DNA of 64,000 nt, from NCBI GenBank assembly GCA_039586365.1, contig JBDHKN010000001.1:1-64000 (forward strand), in the 5' to 3' direction. Origin of the DNA: Gemmatimonadota bacterium. GTDB lineage: Bacteria > Gemmatimonadota > Gemmatimonadetes > Gemmatimonadales > GWC2-71-9. Both the position numbers and the translations under genes were made by a program. Of the stretch, positions 1 through 8,654 are shown piece by piece. The notes beneath the pieces were generated by a model. That model saw only the letters and a list, made by a program, of their open reading frames with translations. It was not told where the DNA came from and searched no databases. Numbering within the stretch: position 1 is the stretch's first letter; each line of letters opens with the position of its first letter.

Positions 1-153
1 CTTCCGATGACCAGGCCGATACCCGCGGCACCCACCAAGCCAACGATCGACGGCAGCCTGATGCGGGGCCTTTTCAGTTCCGCGATTTAGCCCGCGAGAG
101 GTCCTGGTAGCTGGTGCGATCGCCCGTTCCTGCGAGGTGTGCAGAGGGCGTCC

Positions 154-179
154 ACCGCCGACACGAGGATCTTCAGTCC
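154..179 (-). repeat. Partial tRNA-Phe copy (att-like direct repeat of 3367-3392)
   Basis: accgccgacacgaggatCttcagtcc (154-179) vs accgccgacacgaggatTttcagtcc (3367-3392): 25/26 identical, same orientation. Confidence 0.85.
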
Positions 180-385
180 GCAGACATCGCCGCGGAAATC
201 GTTACGCACTGACACCGAATGACATCAAATGACGTCGTGACTCGGCTCAACGCTGCCGAGTCGTGCCACTGACTGACGCTGGAGCACCCCAGTCCGTGCA
301 CATTCGAGGCACATGAGTGACAACATCTAGCTGACTCCGACCGCAGGCCGTAGCTTCGTGCTGGAGCCACCTAGGAGCCGTCATC

Positions 386-3055
386 GTGGCCGATGTACTG
401 GACCGTCTCAAGACTGCTCTTCAAGACCGCTATACCATCGACCGTGAAATCGGCGCTGGCGGCATGGCGGCCGTATACCTCGCTCGAGACCTGCGCCACG
501 ACCGTGACGTAGCCATCAAGGTACTCCGGCCCGATCTCGCAGCAGTGCTCGGGCCCGAGAGGTTCCTGCAGGAGATCAGGATCGCGGCACAGCTGCAGCA
601 TCCAAATATCCTCCCCCTACTCGACTCCGGTGAAGCCAGCGGCTCTCTCTATTACGTCATGCCATACGTCGAGGGGCAGTCGCTGCGTGACAAGCTGGCG
701 AAGGAAGGTGAGCTGCCGATTGCCGAGGCGGTTCGGATCGTGCGCGACATCGTGGATGCACTCACAGAGGCGCACGCCCGTGGCGTTGTGCATCGCGACA
801 TCAAGCCCGAGAACATCCTACTCCGTGGTCGTCACGCGCTCGTGACCGACTTCGGGGTGGCGAAGGCAGTGAGTGAGGCCACGGGCCGTGAGAAGCTCAC
901 CACCGCGGGCGTGGCACTCGGAACGCCGGCCTACATGGCTCCCGAGCAAGCGTCGGCCGATCCGCACCTTGACCAGCGCGTGGATATCTACGCAGTCGGG
1001 GCCGTGGCGTATGAGCTGCTGACCGGGCGCCCGGTCTTCATGGGCACCACGCCGCAGATGATCCTCTCGGCACACATGACCGACACTCCCGAGCCGGTGA
1101 CGAAGCACCGCGATACGGTACCGGCTGCCTTGGAGTCTGTCGTGATGCGCTGCTTGGAGAAACGACCCGCCGACCGCTGGCAGAGCGCCGAGGAATTGCT
1201 ACCGCAGTTGGAAGCACTGGCGACACCGAGCGGTGGTGTTACTCCTACCGACACACAACCGATACCGGCGACTGCGGTCATGCGGCGCTGGCTGATGCCC
1301 GGCGCCTTGGCAGCTGCCGTCATACTAATCGTGGTTGGAGTGCTGCTGTCGAGAGTGTTGGCCCCGAGCCCAATCACTATCAGAACGTCCAACATCCGAG
1401 CTGTCACAAGCGAGCCGGGGATGGAATGGCAGCCGGCGCTGTCGCCCGACGGCACTCAGGTCGCGTACGTCATTCGCCGCACCAACCGGCGGTCAATCGT
1501 CATTCGGAGCACGCTTAATATCGCAGGTGTCGGCCAACTTACGCCGACGCAGGGGCTGGACGAGTCTTCGCTAAGGCTACCGTCGTGGAGCCCGGACGGG
1601 GAGTTCGTTCGCTTTGTGAGCTGTATTGGCGGCTCGGGTAGTTGCTCTTTCAAGGAGGTTGCGAAATACGGTGGCTCGGTTGGCTCGATCGATCTGCCAA
1701 GCGGCGCGCGGAGCTGCGGGTGGTCTCTTGACGGTGTTCTGGTAGCATGTGCCGTTGGTTCTGACAGAATCGTCAGCTATTCAACCAATGACGGCACCAG
1801 CAGTTTGGTGGTTGTCCACCCCCAAGTCCAGTGGTCGATTCATTCGCCCGTGTGGTCACCAGATGGCAAATGGATCGCCTATGTAGACGGCAACTACTCG
1901 TGGGGCAGAGGCGGCTTCAACGTGGACGTGTCATCGATCTGGATGGTAGATGCGAACGGAGGCGAACCTCTCCGCGTGACCGGCGAAGATTGCATGAACA
2001 TCAGCCCCGCCTGGCTCGATAACCAGCATCTGCTATTCGTGTCCAATCGCGACGGCCTTCGAGAAGCTTACGTCGTGGAGGTTGGAGCGACGGGACTTCG
2101 GAGCGAGCCAAGGAAAGTGCCGGGCGTGACCGACGCGCATTCGATTTCGTATTCGATCGCCGGCAGAAGACTGGCCTTTTCAAAGGCAACAGTGCGCCAG
2201 AACATCTGGTCCTACGGTATCGGCTCCGGGCCGTTGTCGAACAGTGATGGTGAGCCTCTTACCAACGACAACGCCATCATCGAGAGCCACGATGTTTCAC
2301 CTGACGGTGAGTGGATCGTCTTTGACTCGAATCTCCGGGGCAATCAAGACATCTACACGCTGCATCTGGGGGGCGGCAGCCCAACGCCAGTTACGAACAG
2401 CCCAATGGATGATTGGATACCCAGGTGGTCCCCCGATGGCACCGAGATCGCGTTTATCCGTGACGCTGGCGCGGGTGATTGGAGAGTGATGGTTCTCCCA
2501 GCAGATGGGGGAACACCGGTGCAGGTGGCTAGCGGCTTGGCCACCTGGAGCCCCGAATGGTCGCCGAGTGGACTGGAGATCGCGTTCCAGCAGGGCCCTC
2601 CGGGACGGCGTGTGACCTGGATCGCGTCGCGAGAGGCCATAGGCGGATCCTGGAGCGAGCCTTCACAGGTGACGGACCATCAATGCCAACCAACTGACTG
2701 GGCACCTGACGGCAGTGGTGTGTTGTGTCATGCGGGCGGTGAGATGATACTGGTGTCCCGCGACGGAGAGGTACTATGGCGCTACGATCTCTCGGCAGTT
2801 GGTTTACGGTTCAGCACCCAGTCGCGGTTCGCGTGGGATGGCTCAACGATCTATGTAGGCGCAGTACACGAGGGGGGAGCAAGAGGGCTTTGGTCTGTTT
2901 CGCCACACGGAGGCGAGCCGAAGCTCGTGGTCGCGTACGACGATGTCGATGTCATTGGCGGGTTCCGGTTCTCGGTAGGGCCCGAACGCCTCTATGCCAC
3001 GGTGCTCGAGGTGGAAAGTGACGTCTGGGTGATGGACGTGGAGGTGGTCCGGTAG
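386..3055 (+). CDS. Hanks-type Ser/Thr protein kinase with TM helix and C-terminal TolB-like (PD40/WD40-like) beta-propeller
   Basis: GAGGMAAVY, VAIK, HRDIKPEN, DFG, GTPAYMAPE; TM at MPGALAAAVILIVVGVLL; repeated P-x-WSPDG motifs; GTG start with AGGAG RBS at 373-377. Confidence 0.93.
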   Translation: MADVLDRLKTALQDRYTIDREIGAGGMAAVYLARDLRHDRDVAIKVLRPDLAAVLGPERFLQEIRIAAQLQHPNILPLLDSGEASGSLYYVMPYVEGQSLRDKLAKEGELPIAEAVRIVRDIVDALTEAHARGVVHRDIKPENILLRGRHALVTDFGVAKAVSEATGREKLTTAGVALGTPAYMAPEQASADPHLDQRVDIYAVGAVAYELLTGRPVFMGTTPQMILSAHMTDTPEPVTKHRDTVPAALESVVMRCLEKRPADRWQSAEELLPQLEALATPSGGVTPTDTQPIPATAVMRRWLMPGALAAAVILIVVGVLLSRVLAPSPITIRTSNIRAVTSEPGMEWQPALSPDGTQVAYVIRRTNRRSIVIRSTLNIAGVGQLTPTQGLDESSLRLPSWSPDGEFVRFVSCIGGSGSCSFKEVAKYGGSVGSIDLPSGARSCGWSLDGVLVACAVGSDRIVSYSTNDGTSSLVVVHPQVQWSIHSPVWSPDGKWIAYVDGNYSWGRGGFNVDVSSIWMVDANGGEPLRVTGEDCMNISPAWLDNQHLLFVSNRDGLREAYVVEVGATGLRSEPRKVPGVTDAHSISYSIAGRRLAFSKATVRQNIWSYGIGSGPLSNSDGEPLTNDNAIIESHDVSPDGEWIVFDSNLRGNQDIYTLHLGGGSPTPVTNSPMDDWIPRWSPDGTEIAFIRDAGAGDWRVMVLPADGGTPVQVASGLATWSPEWSPSGLEIAFQQGPPGRRVTWIASREAIGGSWSEPSQVTDHQCQPTDWAPDGSGVLCHAGGEMILVSRDGEVLWRYDLSAVGLRFSTQSRFAWDGSTIYVGAVHEGGARGLWSVSPHGGEPKLVVAYDDVDVIGGFRFSVGPERLYATVLEVESDVWVMDVEVVR

Positions 3056-3319
3056 GGGCGGCGAGATCCCTCCGCGGCTACGTGCCATTCCAGGAGTTGT
3101 TAAGGCCGAAGCCGAAAAGGTAGGCGACTGCTTTCTCACTTGCCCTCCGTGAGTCTTTCCCACGGACTTAGGTATCTCAATACTCCCTGATATTCTCGAG
3201 GCCAGGGAAGGCAGCGGAAAGCGTCAGTGCCTAAGCTCGCGACGCTGCACGTTGGCGATGCGCCTTCAGGGCACATCAGCAGGCTGTCGGGCAGTGAAGC
3301 CAAGGCACACGAACGGCGA

Positions 3320-3341
3320 AAGCCCCGTCAGAACGGGGCTT
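3320..3341 (-). terminator. Intrinsic terminator downstream of tRNA-Phe
   Basis: AAGCCCCG(3320-3327)/CGGGGCTT(3334-3341) hairpin ending in a short T run on the minus strand. Confidence 0.7.
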
Positions 3342-3347
3342 GTGGGA

Positions 3348-3420
3348 TGGCCAGGGACGGAATTGAACCGCCGACACGAGGATTTTCAGTCCCCTGCTCT
3401 ACCAACTGAGCTACCTGGCC
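3348..3420 (-). tRNA. tRNA-Phe (GAA), CCA not encoded
   Basis: Minus strand reads GGCCAGGTAGCTCAGTTGGTAGAGCAGGGGACTGAAAATCCTCGTGTCGGCGGTTCAATTCCGTCCCTGGCCA; full cloverleaf, anticodon GAA. Confidence 0.97.
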
Positions 3421-3522
3421 GGCTGGGGAGAGGAATTATACCACCGAATCGCCCAACCCCCCAACCCTGCAAAGGGCGGTAGAGGACGGTCAAGGGCGGA
3501 CGGGTTCTCTACTTACCGCCTT

Positions 3523-3993
3523 CTACCGCCCTTTGCCGCCCTCGTCCGCCTTCTTGAATCTCTCCAACTCCGGCGCGTCAGGATAGCGCTCCAACACGAC
3601 TGCGATTACCTGTCGCGCCCGCTCCGGATCCTTCTTCACGGTCCGATAGATCTCCTCTAACCTGATGGCTGCATTGATATCCACTTTGGGCGCTGTGTGG
3701 TGCTTTAGATGATTTTCGAGCAACCGAATGGTGTCGTCCAGGGTCAGGCGGGTTTGGGAAGCTCGCGGATCTGTGACGCCTCCGGTGACCACACCCATGA
3801 ACCAGTCACCTAGCGGCAGAATGAAATGCTCGAGCAGCAGGTCCCACGCCCACCACACGAGCCCGCAGGCTGCCGAGACAGCGTACCAGCGTGGGTCACC
3901 GACCAGCAGAGCGATCAGCAGTGAGCCGATCGTGGCCGTGCCGAAGACTCCGCGAACCACCGTACTTGCTCGAATCTCGGATTGTCGCATCAC
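3523..3993 (-). CDS. Hypothetical membrane protein (two N-terminal TM helices, TPR-like helical C-terminus)
   Basis: 156-aa ORF with hydrophobic N-terminal segments; AAIRLEEIYRTVKKDPERARQVI helical pattern. Confidence 0.7.
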   Translation of the reverse strand: MMRQSEIRASTVVRGVFGTATIGSLLIALLVGDPRWYAVSAACGLVWWAWDLLLEHFILPLGDWFMGVVTGGVTDPRASQTRLTLDDTIRLLENHLKHHTAPKVDINAAIRLEEIYRTVKKDPERARQVIAVVLERYPDAPELERFKKADEGGKGR

Positions 3994-4047
3994 CTCAGGT
4001 TCCCTACGAACGTGGCATCAGCCCACGGGTCTATGCCTAAGGTCCCC

Positions 4048-4191
4048 AGTGGCCCGCCGCAAGTACCGTCATCACCAACTATCCATCTGGGTGTACCACC
4101 GGAGGTGCTTGCAACTAGGCGCAGATCACTGCTTCGACAAGTCCACCCAGTTCAGCGGGTGCTGGATGTGCTGCGGGAGATAGCCACTTGA
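4048..4191 (+). pseudogene. Frameshifted C-terminal remnant of a response-regulator receiver domain
   Basis: Three frames join to VITNYPS / VYHRRCLQLGADHCFDKSTQF / QRVLDVLREIAT*, matching the beta4-alpha5 end of receiver domains. Confidence 0.65.
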
Positions 4192-4274
4192 CGTCGCATC
4201 CCTTCCGTTCACCCCGGCTGGAGGCAAGATTGAATGCACTGAAGCAGCCGACCGATCTACGATGGAACAGGAGC

Positions 4275-4442
4275 ATGAAACAGTTTCAGGTGGCTATCGT
4301 CAGACTCCAACACAAGGTTCGCGAGGATGAAGAGACCCTCACGGATCTGTTGAACGAGCGCAGCCGGATGGGTTGGGGTTACCACTCCCTGACTCAACTC
4401 GACACCGGTCGAGTTGCGGTCGTGTTCGAGCGGGAAGCCTAG
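4275..4442 (+). CDS. Small protein, DUF4177-like
   Basis: ATG 4275 with AGGAG RBS; LTDLLNERSRMGWGY...VVFERE pattern. Confidence 0.7.
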   Translation: MKQFQVAIVRLQHKVREDEETLTDLLNERSRMGWGYHSLTQLDTGRVAVVFEREA

Positions 4443-4569
4443 TTCCCAGCAACAACCTAACGAGGCCGACCGACTGACCAACTGCGCGCAGTACCTTACC
4501 ACCAAACGCCTTCCTCTCCGCATCTCCAAGCGGACAAGGTGCTTACCGCAACCTGCATAAAGGACAGCC

Positions 4570-5127
4570 ATGGACAACCCAGCTGCGTCTCTCCTCAGCA
4601 CCGAGCGCGTTTACGACGGACGCATAGTGAGAGTGGATGTCGACACGGTAAGGGCACCAGACGGGTCCCTGATGCAGCTCGAGATGGTGCGCCATGCCGG
4701 CGCGGCAGCCATTGTCCCGCTCGTGTCTGATCCAGCCTCCGCCGATCCGAGTGTTCTCCTGATCAAGCAGTACCGCCATGCAGTGGGCGGTACTATCTGG
4801 GAAATCCCCGCCGGCGTGCTCGAACCTGGCGAGGCGCCGCTTGACTGTGCGCGCCGCGAACTCCTCGAGGAGGTGGGGGCGACCGCCCAGCACTTCGACC
4901 ATCTCACCACACTGTACACAACTCCGGGATTCACAGACGAGCGAATCCACTTGTTCCTGGCCACTGGAATCGGAGTCGGGGAAACCCAACACGAGCCAGA
5001 TGAGTTTATAGAGGTGGAGGCCCGACCGATCTCTCGAGTCTTGGAGATGATCCGTGACGGAGAGATTGTGGACGGCAAATCGATAGCGGCCTTGTTATAC
5101 ACCGCAGGGTTCCGCCTCGGCCTGTAA
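4570..5127 (+). CDS. NUDIX hydrolase (ADP-ribose pyrophosphatase-like)
   Basis: Nudix box EIPAGVLEPGEAPLDCARRELLEEVG; QYR and TPGFTDE motifs. Confidence 0.92.
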   Translation: MDNPAASLLSTERVYDGRIVRVDVDTVRAPDGSLMQLEMVRHAGAAAIVPLVSDPASADPSVLLIKQYRHAVGGTIWEIPAGVLEPGEAPLDCARRELLEEVGATAQHFDHLTTLYTTPGFTDERIHLFLATGIGVGETQHEPDEFIEVEARPISRVLEMIRDGEIVDGKSIAALLYTAGFRLGL

Positions 5128-5248
5128 CCATCGTCCTCTTGCCAGGACACCAAAACACAGAATAGGACACTCCGACGAGTCGCAGCCCCTCGACGTAACG
5201 CCTTTGTTTACAGCAGATTAGCTGCTTACAGCCAGGGTCTGCCGTCGA

Positions 5249-5264
5249 GGGTACGGTTTCTGCT
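5249..5264 (+). promoter_or_regulatory. Putative sigma54 (-24/-12) promoter
   Basis: GGGTACGGTTTCTGCT: GG(5250-51)-N10-GC(5262-63); AGGACAC direct repeats at 5144 and 5164 upstream. Confidence 0.5.
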
Positions 5265-5396
5265 CCCTCTCGAAGGTGCAGTTTCTGAGATATCGCGTCA
5301 TTCGCAGCATCGCGTGGAGGGTGTAATAGCGAACCTTTGTCGTCTGAATGCAGGATCTGAGCGGCCTTGCGCCGCGCAGATCCCGGGGGCTAACCA

Positions 5397-6044
5397 ATGA
5401 GAGCAGTACTCAATAATCCGCGGCACGCCGCTGTCGAAGCCGCCCGCGTCGGAAGCCGTCCTGCGTCGCGCGATTGGGACGACTCCAGGATCGTAGCTGC
5501 CTACCTGTCGGGGAGCAAATGGGCCTTCGACGAGCTGGTCGACCGCTACCAACGACGGCTGCTCAACTTCGTCTACCGCACCATCGGAGATCGAGAGCGC
5601 GCAGAAGATCTCGTACAAGAGGTGTTCATCCGCGTTCACAGGCACCTCCAACGGTTCGACCAGTCGAAGAAGTTCTCTACGTGGATCTACACGATTGCGT
5701 CGAACCTAGCGAAGAACGAGCTACGCAACCGAAGCCGCAGTCCGCTGGTCCTGTTCCAGACCATCAAGAAGAACTGGGAGGCCGACCATCGCCCGCTCCA
5801 GTTCGAGGACAGGCATCAGCGCCCGGACGATCTGTTCCGCAAGCGCCACCTGAGAGATCTCGTCGAGTGGGCTGTGAACCAGTTGCCCGAACACCACCGT
5901 GTGGTCTTCGTCCTCAGAGAACTGGAGGGCAAGACATACGAGGAGATCGCCGAGATTACGGGCTGCAACCTCGGAACTGTCAAGAGTCGCCTCAACCGGG
6001 CACGCAATCGCTTCGCTCAGGTAATCGCACCACTGCTCGACTGA
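5397..6044 (+). CDS. ECF RNA polymerase sigma factor (RpoE/SigW-like)
   Basis: Region 2 AEDLVQEVF...FSTWIYTIASN; region 4 TYEEIAEITGCNLGTVKSRLNRAR. Confidence 0.95.
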   Translation: MRAVLNNPRHAAVEAARVGSRPASRDWDDSRIVAAYLSGSKWAFDELVDRYQRRLLNFVYRTIGDRERAEDLVQEVFIRVHRHLQRFDQSKKFSTWIYTIASNLAKNELRNRSRSPLVLFQTIKKNWEADHRPLQFEDRHQRPDDLFRKRHLRDLVEWAVNQLPEHHRVVFVLRELEGKTYEEIAEITGCNLGTVKSRLNRARNRFAQVIAPLLD

Positions 6045-6195
6045 GCCACGCCTTTCGGCCTGCCGGACCGGCCAGGAGTCCCCCGCCAGCCCTTGGGGGG
6101 GACAAAGTCGGTGCATCGGGGGCCGAGTCGGGACCAGCCCGAAGGGAACTTCGCAGCCCATAACTGGTAGTATTCCGCAGTTACATATCTATCCT

Positions 6196-6735
6196 ATGCG
6201 TTGCTCTGACTTGCTCGAACTCTATTCGGACTACCGCGACGGGCTGATCACGGACCCCCGGACGTTGCGGAGCGTCCAGCAGCACCTGCGCCACTGCGGG
6301 CGGTGCATGAACTACGACGCACTGGTTTCCCGGGGGGTAATTGCGCTGAAGGCGACTAGTGATATCCGACCATCCACCCTGTTCTCGCAGAGGTTGGAGC
6401 AACGCCTTGTCACCGATTCGTCGGCGGTCCGCTCCGGTGAAGAGGTGCGACCAGCCCATGCTGGCATCATGGTGGGGCTCATGGTAGCCACGGCAGTTGC
6501 CATGCTGCTCTGGGTGGGCGTGGTAGACGAGGAGACCTCCCCAGCTGAGCCGGTGTCGGCCAGAGTCGAGCCGGCACCTGCTCCAGAGGTCCTGCCAGTC
6601 GTTCGTCAACGGCCGGTGGACCTGGAACGGCCGGTGGACCTGGTTGATTGGAGCGTTCCCGCATATAGCGAGGACCGCGACGAAGCTTCCGACCAGCAGG
6701 TGTCATTCGAAACCTGGGTGAGCCTCCCAAGGTAG
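6196..6735 (+). CDS. Zinc-binding (zf-HC2/ZAS) membrane anti-sigma factor
   Basis: MRC...HLRHCGRC motif, single TM, directly downstream of the ECF sigma. Confidence 0.85.
   Translation: MRCSDLLELYSDYRDGLITDPRTLRSVQQHLRHCGRCMNYDALVSRGVIALKATSDIRPSTLFSQRLEQRLVTDSSAVRSGEEVRPAHAGIMVGLMVATAVAMLLWVGVVDEETSPAEPVSARVEPAPAPEVLPVVRQRPVDLERPVDLVDWSVPAYSEDRDEASDQQVSFETWVSLPR
6608..6643 (+). repeat. Perfect 18-bp tandem duplication inside the anti-sigma gene
   Basis: AACGGCCGGTGGACCTGG x2 (6608-6625, 6626-6643), encoding RPVDLE/RPVDLV. Confidence 0.9.
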
Positions 6736-6786
6736 CTTCCGATCGCTCTTTCTTACTAACACCCCGTTCAGTAACTTCCGCCTTGT

Positions 6787-7845
6787 ATGGCGGGGCCTCT
6801 CTCCTTCGACGCGATATTCCGACTTCTCAAGCGGGAACCGGTGGCGCCGGTCTACTACCTGACCGGAGACGAGGACCTCCTCAAAGAAGAAGTTGTACAG
6901 TGGATTGTGGACAAGGCTGTGGACGCGGCGGACCGCGATTTCAACCTCGATGTCCGAATGGCTGGAGACCTCACCGGTGAGGACTTCCACACGCTGGTTG
7001 AAACCCCTCCGATGCTGGCTGAGAGGCGCGCGGTGGTCATCAGGAGCCTGGAGCAGTGGCGCACCAATTCCAAGGTGTGGCAAGCGGTGCAGCGCTATCT
7101 CGAGAACCCCTCGCCCAGCACGGTGTTGGTGCTGGTACACGGGCCCCAACAGAAACCCAACCAGAGAGTCGGGGAGGCTGCTGTTCATGTGGCGGTGGCG
7201 GCGCTCAGTCCGGACAGGTTGCGCCGTTGGGTGGGGATGCGGGCGGAGCGAGCCGGGCTGGCGTTGACCAAGGACGCCACGGAACACCTGCTGAACGCTG
7301 TCGGCAACGAGTTGTCAGAACTTGCGATGGAGATCGAGAAACTGGCTGCAGCGGCGCCGGCTGACGGCTCGGCTGTCGACGTGGAGTTGGTGGGGGATCT
7401 GGTGGGAGTACACCGCGGTGAAACCCTAAATGACTGGGTCGATGCCGTCCTCGCCCGCAATATCCCGAAAGCATTGGAGATGCTGGAAACGGTGCTGACG
7501 AATGCGGGTGTAACAGCTGTGCGCATGGTGAGTGCGTTGGGAACGGGATTGGTTGGCGTTCGCTTGGCTCGCAGCTTCGCTGATCGAGGAAACGGCAATC
7601 GGCAGATACAGAGAGACCTATTCGGTGCGATCCGTTCCAGCCGTCCTCGGGGGCTCAGAAGCTGGAGGCAGGAAGCTGAAGTCTGGGCGCGCGCAGCTTC
7701 AGTCTGGTCGAGCAGCGAGATCGAGGATTCGCTCCGCACGGTCTATTCCTGCGATCGTAGATTGAAGTCAACGACTCTCAGCAACGAACGGGCGATTCTC
7801 GCCGAGATGTTGCTCCAACTGGTCCGCGCTGAGGTTGCAGCATGA
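6787..7845 (+). CDS. holA: DNA polymerase III subunit delta
   Basis: PVYYLTGDEDLL, DFNLD, TPPMLAERRAVVI, ELAMEIEKL. Confidence 0.9.
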   Translation: MAGPLSFDAIFRLLKREPVAPVYYLTGDEDLLKEEVVQWIVDKAVDAADRDFNLDVRMAGDLTGEDFHTLVETPPMLAERRAVVIRSLEQWRTNSKVWQAVQRYLENPSPSTVLVLVHGPQQKPNQRVGEAAVHVAVAALSPDRLRRWVGMRAERAGLALTKDATEHLLNAVGNELSELAMEIEKLAAAAPADGSAVDVELVGDLVGVHRGETLNDWVDAVLARNIPKALEMLETVLTNAGVTAVRMVSALGTGLVGVRLARSFADRGNGNRQIQRDLFGAIRSSRPRGLRSWRQEAEVWARAASVWSSSEIEDSLRTVYSCDRRLKSTTLSNERAILAEMLLQLVRAEVAA

Positions 7846-8654
7846 TACGTTTGTCCCTCCTGGTTGTGACAGCGATCTCCATAGCTTCACTGGCGTCGGC
7901 CCAACAGGATTCCCTGTTGAGAGAGGCCGTCCGATTGGCAACTGAGGGACAGGGAGACTCCGCCCGGGTGCTGGTCAAAACCAGGATCGGCGAGCTGTCA
8001 CCTGCAGACTCACTGTATCCTGAGGCACTGTATGTGGCGGGTGTGGTGGCGCAGAGTAGCGACAGCGCTCTCGCGTATTTTCGCCGCGTGAGCATCGAAT
8101 TCTCCCGCTCCGAGTGGGCTGATGATGCCCTGTTGCGACGGTCGGAGTTGGCGTTCGCGGCGGGCGAATTGAGCGCCGCGGCCCGTTACTCGGAAACCAT
8201 ACTCCTCGACTACCCGTTTAGCGGCGCACTAGCTAAAGCTGCTTACTGGGCTGGCCGCTCCCATCTCGAGTTGGGAGCGGCGGACACGGGCTGTGGGTAT
8301 CTCAGACGCGCTGAGGCGAGCGCGGGAGAGGACGTCGAACTCGCCAACCGGGCTCGGTACTTCCTACAGCGTTGCGCTGCCTTAGAGACAGGACCTGACT
8401 CCGCTCGAGCACAGGGTCGGGCGAGACTGGTCTACGCCGTCCAGGTGGCGGCCGTCCAGAGTGCCGCAGCAGCCAACGAGCTGATGCAGCAACTTCATGG
8501 TGAGGGGTACGATTCCCATGTCGTGCGCGACTCCGATGGGCTCCTCAAGGTCCGGGTGGGTCGCTTCTCGCAAAAGGCTCAGGCGCAAGAGCTCGCAGTG
8601 GAGTTGCGAGCGAAGCTCGGGGGCCAGCCATTCGTGGTCGAGGAGCGACGTTGA
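7842..8654 (+). CDS. Secreted TPR + SPOR domain protein
   Basis: Signal peptide, TPR-like helices, C-terminal SPOR (YAVQVAA...KVRVGRF). Confidence 0.85.
   Translation: MIRLSLLVVTAISIASLASAQQDSLLREAVRLATEGQGDSARVLVKTRIGELSPADSLYPEALYVAGVVAQSSDSALAYFRRVSIEFSRSEWADDALLRRSELAFAAGELSAAARYSETILLDYPFSGALAKAAYWAGRSHLELGAADTGCGYLRRAEASAGEDVELANRARYFLQRCAALETGPDSARAQGRARLVYAVQVAAVQSAAAANELMQQLHGEGYDSHVVRDSDGLLKVRVGRFSQKAQAQELAVELRAKLGGQPFVVEERR

Noticed and set aside
1..90. Minus-strand hydrophobic reading frame running off the window edge
   Set aside because: Preceded by an in-frame TAA with no good start or RBS; cannot be judged from this window.
3227..3482. Short + strand ORFs (MARDGIEPPTRGFS...)
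   Set aside because: Antisense translation of tRNA-Phe.
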